DNA of 64,000 bases from Bacteroidia bacterium (GCA_026391215.1 JAPLDX010000034.1:11994-75993), one strand, 5' to 3'; positions 40,164 to 50,029 are shown, numbered from the stretch's first letter. Numbers and translations: made by a program. Notes: generated by a model from the sequence alone, not told the origin.

Positions 40164-40916
40164 CTACTTCTGGCAAACGATGATGAACTCCCTTGATTTT
40201 TCATTCAGTTCATTTCCAAGAAAATCACCGAGTATTTTATAATTCTTAAAATCCGATCTTTCAATTAAATGTTCCAGTTCAAACCTGAAGAAGTATCTTA
40301 AAGGTGTCAGCCAGTGTTCCTGCTTAACTTCATTGCATTCATCCCATTCCAGGAGGAAATCGATGTTTATCAGCTGATTGTGCAAATCGGGCTTTGTTGA
40401 TACGGTGCGTTTAACTCTTTTACCTGGTTCATATTCTCCATCAAAATCTATCTGATTGCTGATGCCGCTTATCAGGGGACGAAGGTCCGGAACGAATACA
40501 TCAAAAATAAACCTGCCTCCGGATTTTAAATGCCTGTAGACGTTATTCAAAGCCCTGATCTGTTCCTCTTTTTCTATAAGATGCATGAACACCCGGAAAG
40601 GAGCTATTATCAGGTCAAATTTACGATTGTGCTTAAAATCAGTAATGCTTTGAATACTTATCCGGTAATGCTCTTTTTTATCAAGTTTCTTAAGCAGGAC
40701 ATTAACCATGGAAGGACTGATATCCAGACCATAGATATCTGCTCCCCTTTTTAAAGCATTAAGAAAGAATCTCCCGGTTCCAGTCCCGATTTCCAGCACC
40801 CTGCCCTTTGTCCGGCTTATCTCACCAAGATAGAATTCAGCATCATCGCTATCCCTGATCTGATGATAAATCTGGTCATAGAAGCGTGCAAAAGTTTCCG
40901 GATATAAAGCAACCAT
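40164..40916 (-). CDS. Class I SAM-dependent methyltransferase
   Basis: VLEIGTGTGR, GLDISPSM, FDLII, HLKSGGRFIFD. Confidence 0.9.
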   Translation of the reverse strand: MVALYPETFARFYDQIYHQIRDSDDAEFYLGEISRTKGRVLEIGTGTGRFFLNALKRGADIYGLDISPSMVNVLLKKLDKKEHYRISIQSITDFKHNRKFDLIIAPFRVFMHLIEKEEQIRALNNVYRHLKSGGRFIFDVFVPDLRPLISGISNQIDFDGEYEPGKRVKRTVSTKPDLHNQLINIDFLLEWDECNEVKQEHWLTPLRYFFRFELEHLIERSDFKNYKILGDFLGNELNEKSREFIIVCQK

Positions 40917-40957
40917 GGTTTTTCGATTTAAATACGACCAGATACAAAGGTTGTATT

Positions 40958-41683
40958 TTATCGATTATTATGCAAATATTCGTTATACCAGAACAACGAC
41001 ACATCAGCATATGAGTAATTTTCTGTTTTGAAAAGTCTTGTGTTGAAAAATTTTTTCCCGGACATTTCATCAATGTCCCTGGCGTTTTTCAGGAAACCGG
41101 TATTGTACGCGGTTGCAAAAAATTTGACTTTTGATGCCTTATCCGGCCACTCCCTCTTGAAACGTTTCTCGCAGATTTTATAAAAGGCGATAAGATAATT
41201 TATCTCTGTTTCAGGATTTTCCAGATCCGCTATCACGGATGCCCGGTAGGATCTCTTGTCAGTATAAGATGATTTCTTTCTGAAAAGAGCTTTCAGCTCC
41301 CTGTCCGTATCGGCAAACACCCTGTTTTGAATATCTTCAGCAAAGGAAGGTTTTATCTGGAATACGCCAATTGAGAAGTCGGCATAATCATCACCCAGAT
41401 TCCTGTATAATGTTTTAAGCAGCGTTATTTCCATTTTATCTCGGAGGGCTGAATAACGGACCAGCTCCGGAAAAATGACGGCAACCGCTTCATCATACGG
41501 AATATCAAACCTGGACAAAGCAGGCTTTAACCAGATATTATTATCTTCAATGAAGGTCAGGGCTTTCTGCCAGTCGCTGCCAAAGATCTCAGCATAATTC
41601 AGTGATTGAGCGTAACCAGATCCCTGCAATCCGGTCAGCAGTATTAAAAAGAGAATTATTTTTCCCGCTTTTCTTATTGTCAC
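40958..41683 (-). CDS. Secreted hypothetical protein with lysozyme/lytic-transglycosylase-like motifs
   Basis: Signal peptide; AVIFPEL, SIGVFQIKPSFA and ATAYNTG resemble SLT motifs I-III. Confidence 0.55.
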   Translation of the reverse strand: MTIRKAGKIILFLILLTGLQGSGYAQSLNYAEIFGSDWQKALTFIEDNNIWLKPALSRFDIPYDEAVAVIFPELVRYSALRDKMEITLLKTLYRNLGDDYADFSIGVFQIKPSFAEDIQNRVFADTDRELKALFRKKSSYTDKRSYRASVIADLENPETEINYLIAFYKICEKRFKREWPDKASKVKFFATAYNTGFLKNARDIDEMSGKKFFNTRLFKTENYSYADVSLFWYNEYLHNNR

Positions 41684-41696
41684 TTTGACAGGTTAC

Positions 41697-42731
41697 TTAC
41701 CATGCAATTTTGCACTGCATAATTGCATTCCTTTTCGGGGAATAATACATATAAACCAGATAAACCTGTCCGCTGATCTTTTCAAGATGAGGATTGAAGC
41801 AGTCAGGCAGGGTGGATTTATCGCTGAAGGTCAAAGTGCCATAATTGTAATAGGCGTATTTGGTGTTTGACGCATTGACAAACAACTTAATACTGCCCTG
41901 CATCTCATTGGTCAGATTAAAAAGAGTTTTTCCCTGGAGGGTTTTGATAGAATTATATGTAATCAGCAGTATATCATCATATTTAGCATCTCCTGAAAAG
42001 CTGCCTTGTGAGGACATAGGATCAAAATTTGCGTCCGGGATATTTGTGATAAACTTTGGTATACTGTTCTGCACGCCGCCTCCCTCCATTACTTTATTTG
42101 CCATCTGCTGGCTGAATTTCATGGCAAGTTCCATGCGTTCCTGGTCACTTTTTGCATTATTAATGGCTTCTTCCATTTTTTTACCCTCATCTTCGGTGGT
42201 AATAATATTTTCAATCACAAGACAGGCAAACTTATCTTTTGATTTTGAAACAGCAAATTGAGTGATCTCAGCATAAGGGCCATAGGTATTTCCTCCCATT
42301 GTGATCTGGTACTTTTCTCCTGATTTGGTTATTATACCCTTGTATCTCGTCAGCAAGCCATTCGGTCCCTGGTCATCTCCATATCCTGCTATACGTGAAT
42401 CTCCTTCTTTATACGGACCCTGGGTAACTCCTCCCTTTACTATATAAAACTCGCCTGACCTGCGATCCTGAGCAAGAAGCGAACCATCGTCCATTGATGT
42501 GATATCCATTTCTTTGTAATCGAGCTTGAATTTGCCACCCATATCCAGGACAGATTCGGGTTGATCACAGGCACAGCCGGGCTCGGCTTCCTGTTTAGAA
42601 GAGTTTCCTCCGGTTCCGAGAAGTTCATCCTTCATGGCACCGGCTACCTTCTTGAGTAACCCGCCCTGGGCATTTAATGGATTAGAATAAACCAAACATA
42701 TAAATACAAGAAACAATAATGACTTTTTCAT
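41697..42731 (-). CDS. Secreted hypothetical protein
   Basis: Signal peptide MKKSLLFLVFICLVYSNPLNAQ; GGLLKKV..KDELLG N-terminal motif. Confidence 0.7.
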   Translation of the reverse strand: MKKSLLFLVFICLVYSNPLNAQGGLLKKVAGAMKDELLGTGGNSSKQEAEPGCACDQPESVLDMGGKFKLDYKEMDITSMDDGSLLAQDRRSGEFYIVKGGVTQGPYKEGDSRIAGYGDDQGPNGLLTRYKGIITKSGEKYQITMGGNTYGPYAEITQFAVSKSKDKFACLVIENIITTEDEGKKMEEAINNAKSDQERMELAMKFSQQMANKVMEGGGVQNSIPKFITNIPDANFDPMSSQGSFSGDAKYDDILLITYNSIKTLQGKTLFNLTNEMQGSIKLFVNASNTKYAYYNYGTLTFSDKSTLPDCFNPHLEKISGQVYLVYMYYSPKRNAIMQCKIAW

Positions 42732-42750
42732 ATTCATTAGATTTTTACTT

Positions 42751-43461
42751 TTAAACAATATAATTATTTGAATTTAAAAATTTAATATTCCTGGCAAAGG
42801 CCGGAGAATCGTATGAAGGATTAAAATCAGGATTCACTGCAATTTCTCCTGTCTGGTGGTTGATAAAGCCTTTTACATAGCGGTTTGGTAAAAGATAAAC
42901 TGTATCTGAATTTTCATTTTTGGAGACGGGTGTTTCATTTAAAATATTTTCAACATTGACTCCCTTTAATCCATGCCTGTCAAGCTCAGCTGTATAATGA
43001 TCAATGATCCTGTCTGCAAGACATATAATAATAAGATAATGCCCAAAAGATTTTCGGCTGTTATGTTTCATAAGAAGATCGAGCCTGTCGTTGGTTACCG
43101 GAAGCGCGGTCTTATAGAATGAGTCGGTATAACGGAATCCTTCAGTCAGTATACTTCTGGCAACCGTTTCTTCCTTTGTATAATGGATATATATTTTTGA
43201 GTCTTTCTTATTTTCAAGCAAGAATTCCAGGGATTTCTCTTCAAATAATTTATCATTAAAGAAAGAACTATAATGTTGTACTTTTCTGACTTCCATCAGG
43301 AATCTTTTCATCTCTTCGGCACTCCAGCTCTTTTCCATTCCGGAAAGACGCTTTACTGTCGATTCAATGAATAAATTCTTTTTTACCAGCTGGAAATGCA
43401 GATAAATAATATATCCGAGAAGTACAGCAATTAATAATATGAATACGATATATGTTCCCAT
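42751..43461 (-). CDS. Single-TM hypothetical protein with a possible ADP-ribosyltransferase-like domain
   Basis: N-terminal TM; IYIHYTKEETVARSILTEGF. Confidence 0.6.
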   Translation of the reverse strand: MGTYIVFILLIAVLLGYIIYLHFQLVKKNLFIESTVKRLSGMEKSWSAEEMKRFLMEVRKVQHYSSFFNDKLFEEKSLEFLLENKKDSKIYIHYTKEETVARSILTEGFRYTDSFYKTALPVTNDRLDLLMKHNSRKSFGHYLIIICLADRIIDHYTAELDRHGLKGVNVENILNETPVSKNENSDTVYLLPNRYVKGFINHQTGEIAVNPDFNPSYDSPAFARNIKFLNSNNYIV

Positions 43462-43508
43462 CTCATTTTTGTAAGATGCCGGGAAGCAACAACAAAATCA
43501 AATTATTC

Positions 43509-43697
43509 TTATTTCCCCTGTGTTTTTTCTGTCTCTTTTCCTTTCTGGTATTCCTTTAATCCCATCCAGAACAGCACCCCGGCAGCCACCCCGAACAAAA
43601 GGATGAACAGAGCTTTTATGTCAAGGCTTTTAAAGAATATTACCAGAGCTGTGATCAGTGAAACAACGCTTAATGCGAAAAAAATAAATGTTTTCAT
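43509..43697 (-). CDS. Small two-TM membrane protein
   Basis: MKTFIFFALSVV... with two hydrophobic helices and a basic tail. Confidence 0.5.
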   Translation of the reverse strand: MKTFIFFALSVVSLITALVIFFKSLDIKALFILLFGVAAGVLFWMGLKEYQKGKETEKTQGK

Positions 43698-43724
43698 TTT
43701 CTGAAAATATTTTACCTGCAAATC

Positions 43725-44303
43725 TTAGTAGTTTTCCTCCCTCATTTGCATGAATGCTTTTGGATGCAGGCATGCCGGGCATGTTTCAAGAGCTTTTGCC
43801 GATTCATACACATATCCGCAGTTGATGCATTTCCACCATACTTTGCCTTTTTTCATAAAGACCTGATCTTCTGAAATATTCTGCAATAGTTTCAGATACC
43901 TTCGCTCATGCTCTGCTTCAACTTTAGCGATCATTTTATACGCAGTGGCAATTTCAGGGAATCCTTCATCCATTGCTGTTTTAGAAAAATCGGGATAGAT
44001 AACTCCCCATTCTTCATGTTCTCCTTCAGCAGCAGCTTTCAGATTTTCCTTTGTCGTGCCTATCTTCCCTGCCGGGTAGCCGGCAGTGATTTCTGTCATT
44101 CCGCCTTCCAGAAACTTAAAGAATCTCTTGGCATGTTCTTTTTCCTGGAGGGAAGTTTCCATGAAAATATTTGCTATTTGTTCGTAGCCTTCTTTCCTTG
44201 CAACGCTGGCAAAGAATTCATAACGGTTACGGGCCTGTGATTCGCCGGCAAACGATTTCAGCAAATTCTGCTCTGTCCGGGTTCCTTTCAATGATTTAGA
44301 CAT
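43725..44303 (-). CDS. rbr: Rubrerythrin
   Basis: FAGESQARNRY, EKEHAKR, GEHEE, EAEHE; C-terminal CINCG and CPACLHP rubredoxin site. Confidence 0.96.
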   Translation of the reverse strand: MSKSLKGTRTEQNLLKSFAGESQARNRYEFFASVARKEGYEQIANIFMETSLQEKEHAKRFFKFLEGGMTEITAGYPAGKIGTTKENLKAAAEGEHEEWGVIYPDFSKTAMDEGFPEIATAYKMIAKVEAEHERRYLKLLQNISEDQVFMKKGKVWWKCINCGYVYESAKALETCPACLHPKAFMQMREENY

Positions 44304-44399
44304 AGATTTTATTTTTAAATTGTTAGACTTTAGCTGATTCAGATTTCTTCCGCAAAAATACGATTTTCCCGGAAAGATAATTCAGGTAAACGTCATTTA

Positions 44400-45635
44400 T
44401 CAGTAATCAAACCTTGGATTGACAGCATTATTATAGATAGATCCAAAAGTATAGGTGAATCCGAAACTTGTATAGTACTGGTAATCTGTTGCCTGCATCT
44501 TTCTCCGGAGAAGTACATCCTCAAGTGATGCATCTCCCATTGGAAGAGAGATCTGGTCATGGACAAGACTTGCACTCCCATAGATATTGAACGATAAGCC
44601 TTTAATTATCCTTAAGCTGGTGCTTGTATACAAACGTAGCCTGTTGTATGACCAATCGAAAAGATAATTGCTCCATGCAAGGGATGTGTTGATAGAGCCC
44701 CATTTCTGAATGTATTTCAATGATGCAGTCAGAGAATGGAATGCCACTGTCTCCTCGAACTTCTGGCGTGTTGTCTCTTCGGTGTAGTTATTGATTTCCA
44801 CACCGGCCCGGTATGATACGGTAAAAATCCGGCGTGTTGATTCTGAATAGGGGAAAATATCATATTCAATTCCCGGGGCTAACCTTAAGGAAAAGTCATA
44901 GTTGCTATAAGTTGACGTCTGGACATAAGTTTCTCCGCCCACGGACCAATGATCATTTATACTTTTGACATATGAAAGCTCCCCGTAATAATTCTTTATG
45001 GTGCTTATATAAGTGGTATCCTCATATTTATATGTGTCCTTTTCAAAATCCATTCCAAGGCTCGATTCAAACTTCGATTTTTCAGTGATCCTGTTTGCTG
45101 ACAGGTAGCCATATATATACCCATAGTTAAAGGTTTTTTGCCCCTGGGAATATGCATTCATGCTTGCACTATAAACCCAGTTATTCCATTTATCGGTAGA
45201 CACTGTTTCTGAAAGCGGTTCGCTGAAATTAATATTCATATACTGCGCAAGGGGTGTTTTTGCAACATACCTCATTAATCCCATCTTTAGTGCTTTAACC
45301 TCCTTGGCACGCTGAGTATCATCAGTATCATCGGGACTGATATTGCATTTCAGGGTATCGGCCATCCCCTTGTATTTTCCCTGGCCAACAATGAAGAATG
45401 TGGTGATATAGCCTCCTGACCCCGCTGATTCATAAGTGGAAATTATATAGACATCAGCAACTCTTCTGTCCCTGACATAGTTAATGTAAGGGATCTCTTT
45501 CTTAACGTAATCGCTGGCGGTCATAAAGACATTAAGTGCATCTTTACGCAGAGTGTCAGTAGTTGAAACTGTTTCCTGGGAAAAAACAGGAAAGAAGAGA
45601 AATGATGTAACGAGGAACATCAGAATTTTTTTCAT
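44400..45635 (-). CDS. Outer-membrane beta-barrel protein (DUF481-like), paralogue 2
   Basis: Signal peptide from MKKIL at 45635; amphipathic beta strands; shares motifs with 45796..47070. Confidence 0.7.
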   Translation of the reverse strand: MKKILMFLVTSFLFFPVFSQETVSTTDTLRKDALNVFMTASDYVKKEIPYINYVRDRRVADVYIISTYESAGSGGYITTFFIVGQGKYKGMADTLKCNISPDDTDDTQRAKEVKALKMGLMRYVAKTPLAQYMNINFSEPLSETVSTDKWNNWVYSASMNAYSQGQKTFNYGYIYGYLSANRITEKSKFESSLGMDFEKDTYKYEDTTYISTIKNYYGELSYVKSINDHWSVGGETYVQTSTYSNYDFSLRLAPGIEYDIFPYSESTRRIFTVSYRAGVEINNYTEETTRQKFEETVAFHSLTASLKYIQKWGSINTSLAWSNYLFDWSYNRLRLYTSTSLRIIKGLSFNIYGSASLVHDQISLPMGDASLEDVLLRRKMQATDYQYYTSFGFTYTFGSIYNNAVNPRFDY

Positions 45636-45795
45636 TTTCCAATTAGTTAGGTAAATATTTAGCAATAACGAAGTTAGGCAATGAAATATTGCCAAACTAA
45701 TTTATTTTAGGCCGGAATTTACTCTCCGAAGCCGCTATAAAATTAAGGGCTTCAATTACCGGGAATGAAAAACCCGTATCACATCAGGAAGAACG

Positions 45796-47070
45796 TTATT
45801 CTGATATGGAAATAGATATGCCTCCTCCGCCGGAATTCCCGAACCTGGGATTAACGACATTATTGTAAATTGAACCGAAAGTATAGGTAAATCCGAAGCT
45901 TGTGAAGTATTCAAACTGAGTTGCCAGCTCTTTCCTCTGAAGCAATATCTGGTCGACAGGGATATCTTCCTTTACGAGGCCAAGCTGATCATGTACCATA
46001 GCAGCGCTTCCGACTAAAGTCACTGACAGTCCTTTAGCAATACGGAGATCAAGATATCCGAAGACGGAAAGATTGTTCTTTGACCAGTCGTGCAGATAGT
46101 TCCTGTACTCAACAATTATATTAATGCTTCCCCATTTCTGAACTACTTCATACGAAGCAGAAAAGGCATGACTCCAAAGGCTTTCTTTTGTTTTATCATA
46201 GATTGTGGAGTCTAAATAGTTGGCATATGTAAATCCTGCTGTATAAAGGAGCCTTAACTGGCGCCTGGTGGATTCTGAATAAGGGAATACGTCATATTCA
46301 ATTCCCGGCATTACCGAATAAGTAAATTTCTCATTGCTGTATGATGAGGTCCCCAGCCTGGCAGTGCCGCCAATAGACCAATGATCATTCAAACTTTTAA
46401 CTATCAGAGCATTAAATGACTCTGATGAATTTTTCCCCGTGATCGTCGTTGTGTCATCTATTATAAACTTATCTTCACTCCGGCTAAGAGTTGAATTGAG
46501 ATTTATCTTCCAATCTTCAGTTATTCTCGCCGCACTTACATTCCCTGAAAGATAATGTGATTTATAGGTCTTTTCGCCCTGAAGAAATCCGCTGACTGAT
46601 GACCTGAAAACCCAGCTGTTCCATTTGTCTGTCGATATAGTTTCCGTCAATGGTTCAGTGAAGGAGATTTTCATATATTTTGCAAGCGGAGTTTTCGCAA
46701 CATAACGCATCAGTCCCAATTTCAGAACACTAAGCCCTTTTTCTCTTCTGCCTTCATCGGTTTCATCAGGAGTAGTCACAAATGAAAGAGTATCACGCAT
46801 TCCCGCATACTCATGCTGTCCAACAAAAAAATAGGTATATTCAACACCCCCGGAGCCGGTGTTCTGATCTGTTGAAATAATATACACCCCTGCATCTTTT
46901 ATGTCCCTGACATAATTTACATATGGTATCTCTTTCCTTATGAAATCAGTTGATTCCATAAATACATTCAGGGCATCTTTACGCAATGTATCTGATTGCG
47001 AAGTCGTTTCCTGTGAAAACAAAGGAAGAGCAAATAAGAGGCAGATTAGGAAAATAATGTTTCTTTTCAT
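45796..47070 (-). CDS. Outer-membrane beta-barrel protein (DUF481-like), paralogue 1
   Basis: Signal peptide; DTLRKDALNVFM, PGIEYDVFPYSESTRR, TSFGFTYTFGSIYNNVVNPRF. Confidence 0.7.
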   Translation of the reverse strand: MKRNIIFLICLLFALPLFSQETTSQSDTLRKDALNVFMESTDFIRKEIPYVNYVRDIKDAGVYIISTDQNTGSGGVEYTYFFVGQHEYAGMRDTLSFVTTPDETDEGRREKGLSVLKLGLMRYVAKTPLAKYMKISFTEPLTETISTDKWNSWVFRSSVSGFLQGEKTYKSHYLSGNVSAARITEDWKINLNSTLSRSEDKFIIDDTTTITGKNSSESFNALIVKSLNDHWSIGGTARLGTSSYSNEKFTYSVMPGIEYDVFPYSESTRRQLRLLYTAGFTYANYLDSTIYDKTKESLWSHAFSASYEVVQKWGSINIIVEYRNYLHDWSKNNLSVFGYLDLRIAKGLSVTLVGSAAMVHDQLGLVKEDIPVDQILLQRKELATQFEYFTSFGFTYTFGSIYNNVVNPRFGNSGGGGISISISE

Positions 47071-47166
47071 GGCTGGTTAGTTATTACTTTTTTAAAACGG
47101 GAATGAAATTAACCAAACAATTAAATCTGCATGTACAAATAACACGATTTAACAAATCATTAACTT

Positions 47167-47202
47167 AAAAAGAGATCCGGCACCATTAAAGCACCGGATC
47201 TC
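47167..47202 (-). terminator. Intrinsic terminator of the pspC-padR-pspC operon
   Basis: Minus strand GAGATCCGGTGC...GTGCCGGATCTC followed by TTTTT. Confidence 0.75.
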
Positions 47203-47238
47203 AGCGAAGAAATAAAGGAATGAAAAACCAGGAAGATT

Positions 47239-48759
47239 TTAAGGTTCGATATAATTAAGTCCGTCGTCCGTCATTCTCCAGAATCTTTGTTTTGGATCTG
47301 CAACGAAATCATCATCGTCATATGAATGGAAAAGGCTCTCAATTGTTCTGTCCATATAAATTACTGTTCCAGCCGGAGCGAATACAGTAACAAACAGTTC
47401 ATCAAACGACCATCTGGAACCTGACGGGATTGTGCAGAACTCATCAAGCCGGAGGGTATCGCCTGAAACTTCAAAGTCGTACAGAAGCCTTTCAGAATTA
47501 CGGATTGCATCCTGACGATTTCTCCCGATTGAAAGCTTTGTTATTTTTATATTGGTTAAGTTATTCTCATCAGGTGAAATATTGAGGTAAGTTCTAATAT
47601 AAACTTCCTTCTTATCGTCGTCAATCATGATTTTGTAAGGTTCATCGGGAACAGATATTTCGTTTTCAGCAGGCAGATCAGAAAACTTCCTCCCGGACAT
47701 AATATATATCGTATCCGATGAGGTGTTGAAATATTTGACTGAAGTTGTTTTTTCCGATTCGGCAAAACCGACTCCTTCGTTGAACAGAATGATCGCAAGC
47801 GCCGCGATGGTCATTACCCATAATACCAGTGCTGCCAGCCAAATATATCCGTCACTTGCCCTGAACCAGAATATCAGCCTGACACCGCCGTAAATCAAAG
47901 CCAGAAGGGGCAGGGATACGGCTATTGTTAACAGGGCTTTTATCCATAATGCAGCTCCGGGTGATACAATATAATTCAGAAAATCAGGTAAGTAGCTCAG
48001 GTTCGCTCCTTCAATATCGGTCGAGAAAGCACCTGGATAATGGAAAATAAATACCATTATAAATGAAAGCAGGGCAAGGAATCCTGTGAGCACCAGGCAT
48101 GTTCCAAAGATAATCAGCAAAACACGGACAATGATGAAAAGAACCCTTCCGAATGCCCTGAAAACCTGATTGGTCGCATTACCAATTTTTGATGTTGTAG
48201 CATACCGAGGTATCAACTCCCCATCCTGTGACCTTAACTGATTAAGCTCACTGCCGTACATTTCCCTTTTCTGTGAACTGTTTTTTGCAGAAGGAAGTGC
48301 GATCCACAATGCCAGGTAAACAAGAAATCCAATACCGGCCATTAATGCAAAAACAACAAACAGGATTCTGAACCATACTGGATCGGTATCGGCATAAGCG
48401 CCTAATCCCCCGCAGACGCCGCCAATGACACAGTCATCAGGATTTCTGAATAGCTTTCTGGGACCTGAACCATGACGATATGAAGTTCCTTCAGTCCCTT
48501 CCTGATCAAAATCCTCGGGTTTGCCGATAACTGATATCATTGCTTCAACATTATCAGTCGAAATAATCCCTGCCATACCTTTCTGAGACTGGAAAATTTC
48601 AGCTATTCTGAATTCAATGTCTTCAATAGTTTCGTTGCCGCCGGGAGCATTTCTGAACTTCCGGTCAATGGCCTGCAGATAATCGCGCAATTTTTTGTAC
48701 GCTTCTTCGTCGATCTGGAATAATGTTCCGCCGAGATTTATTTTTATTGTCTTATCCAT
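47239..48759 (-). CDS. PspC-domain membrane protein (long form)
   Basis: N-terminal INLGG..FQIDEEAY..L..YL domain; KLFRNPDDCVIGGVCGGLGAY...YLALWIALP; several TMs and a periplasmic C-domain. Confidence 0.9.
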   Translation of the reverse strand: MDKTIKINLGGTLFQIDEEAYKKLRDYLQAIDRKFRNAPGGNETIEDIEFRIAEIFQSQKGMAGIISTDNVEAMISVIGKPEDFDQEGTEGTSYRHGSGPRKLFRNPDDCVIGGVCGGLGAYADTDPVWFRILFVVFALMAGIGFLVYLALWIALPSAKNSSQKREMYGSELNQLRSQDGELIPRYATTSKIGNATNQVFRAFGRVLFIIVRVLLIIFGTCLVLTGFLALLSFIMVFIFHYPGAFSTDIEGANLSYLPDFLNYIVSPGAALWIKALLTIAVSLPLLALIYGGVRLIFWFRASDGYIWLAALVLWVMTIAALAIILFNEGVGFAESEKTTSVKYFNTSSDTIYIMSGRKFSDLPAENEISVPDEPYKIMIDDDKKEVYIRTYLNISPDENNLTNIKITKLSIGRNRQDAIRNSERLLYDFEVSGDTLRLDEFCTIPSGSRWSFDELFVTVFAPAGTVIYMDRTIESLFHSYDDDDFVADPKQRFWRMTDDGLNYIEP

Positions 48760-48787
48760 TTTCTGAATTTTTACGGTTTAAGATAAT

Positions 48788-49114
48788 TTACCCTTTGCGG
48801 ATCAGATTGACTGATTCAACAAGCTCTTCCCACGATCTGTCAAGATCGGTAAGATATTCCCTTCCTTCGGGAGTAAGCTCATAATATTTTCTTGGAGGGC
48901 CTTGCTGGGATTCTTCCCAGCGGTAGCTTAGCAATCCGGCATTCTTCTGCCTTGTGAGAAGAGGGTAGAGAGTTCCTTCAACCACGATGACTTTTGCCTC
49001 TTTAAGTTCCCTGATAATATCGCTCGCATAACAGGAATTCCTTGATAATACTGATAGGATGCAATACTCCAGGATCCCCTTGCGCATCTGTGCTTTTGTG
49101 TTTTCCAGATCCAT
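48788..49114 (-). CDS. PadR-family transcriptional regulator
   Basis: QMRKGILEYCIL, EGTLYPLLTR, GPPRKYYELT. Confidence 0.95.
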   Translation of the reverse strand: MDLENTKAQMRKGILEYCILSVLSRNSCYASDIIRELKEAKVIVVEGTLYPLLTRQKNAGLLSYRWEESQQGPPRKYYELTPEGREYLTDLDRSWEELVESVNLIRKG

Positions 49115-49166
49115 AATAATAGTTTTTAGGTTTTACACTTCATAAATAATCTTCCTGGTCCGTATT

Positions 49167-49757
49167 TTACAGCTTCATATTTTTCGTGACAGTATCGAAT
49201 TCTTTTTTGACAGATTCCTTGATATTGTGAATGTTTACCGGCTCTCCCTTCATTTCAATCTTCTGGGAAGTGGTTTTTGCCTCGGGAATCACAATATAAA
49301 GGATGAGGTACAGAAGAATACCAAGTCCTCCCGCCATAGCAAGGGCAAGGAAAATGATCCTTACTATCCATGGTTCAAGGTTCCAGTAAGCGCCCATTCC
49401 TGCGCAGACACCACCGATGATCCTTTTATCAGGATCCCGGTACATCCTGTGATAGGCTGGCGATGAAAATTTATCGCGGGCAGAGGTTCTTTCATTATTG
49501 GAAATGTCTTCCGGTGTTCCCAGGACAGATATTGCATAATGAACATCATCCATAGTGATCACATGTTTGTAAGCCGTTAATCTTCCCCTGAAGAGTTCAG
49601 CTACCCTTGTTTCAATATCAGAAAGTATTTCGGATGCACTCTCCTCTTCGGCGAAGTGAAGCTCAAGGTTCTTCAGATACCTTTTTAATTCGGCATAGGC
49701 ATCCTCATCTATATTGAATGAGTAGCCCCCGAGATTGATGCTGACTGTTATTTTCAT
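49167..49757 (-). CDS. PspC-domain protein (short form)
   Basis: INLGGYSFNIDEDAY; RMYRDPDKRIIGGVCAGMGAY...YLILYIVIP. Confidence 0.9.
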   Translation of the reverse strand: MKITVSINLGGYSFNIDEDAYAELKRYLKNLELHFAEEESASEILSDIETRVAELFRGRLTAYKHVITMDDVHYAISVLGTPEDISNNERTSARDKFSSPAYHRMYRDPDKRIIGGVCAGMGAYWNLEPWIVRIIFLALAMAGGLGILLYLILYIVIPEAKTTSQKIEMKGEPVNIHNIKESVKKEFDTVTKNMKL

Positions 49758-49805
49758 GGTTCTTTTAAATATTTACTACTATACTATACAAGTAACATGA
49801 CAATA

Positions 49806-49846
49806 CAAAGATATATAAATATATTAATACTATGCAATACATAGTA
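49806..49846 (-). promoter_or_regulatory. Promoter -7 box plus palindromic operator (probable PadR site)
   Basis: CAAAGATA at 49806-49813 (TATCTTTG on minus); perfect TACTATG-N5-CATAGTA at 49828-49846. Confidence 0.65.
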
Positions 49847-50029
49847 GTAAAATAATTATACTATTTTTAATAATATTTTGTAAGAAACAGATAATGAGTA
49901 AGATATGGATTAAAATATTTTGTTAATTTTTTAATGATTTCTCTTTGGAAGGTTCTTTTGGTGGTTTTAACGCCATTTTTCTATCAAATGAACTCAAACC
50001 CTTTTTATCCCCCTTTCTGCAAGATAAAC

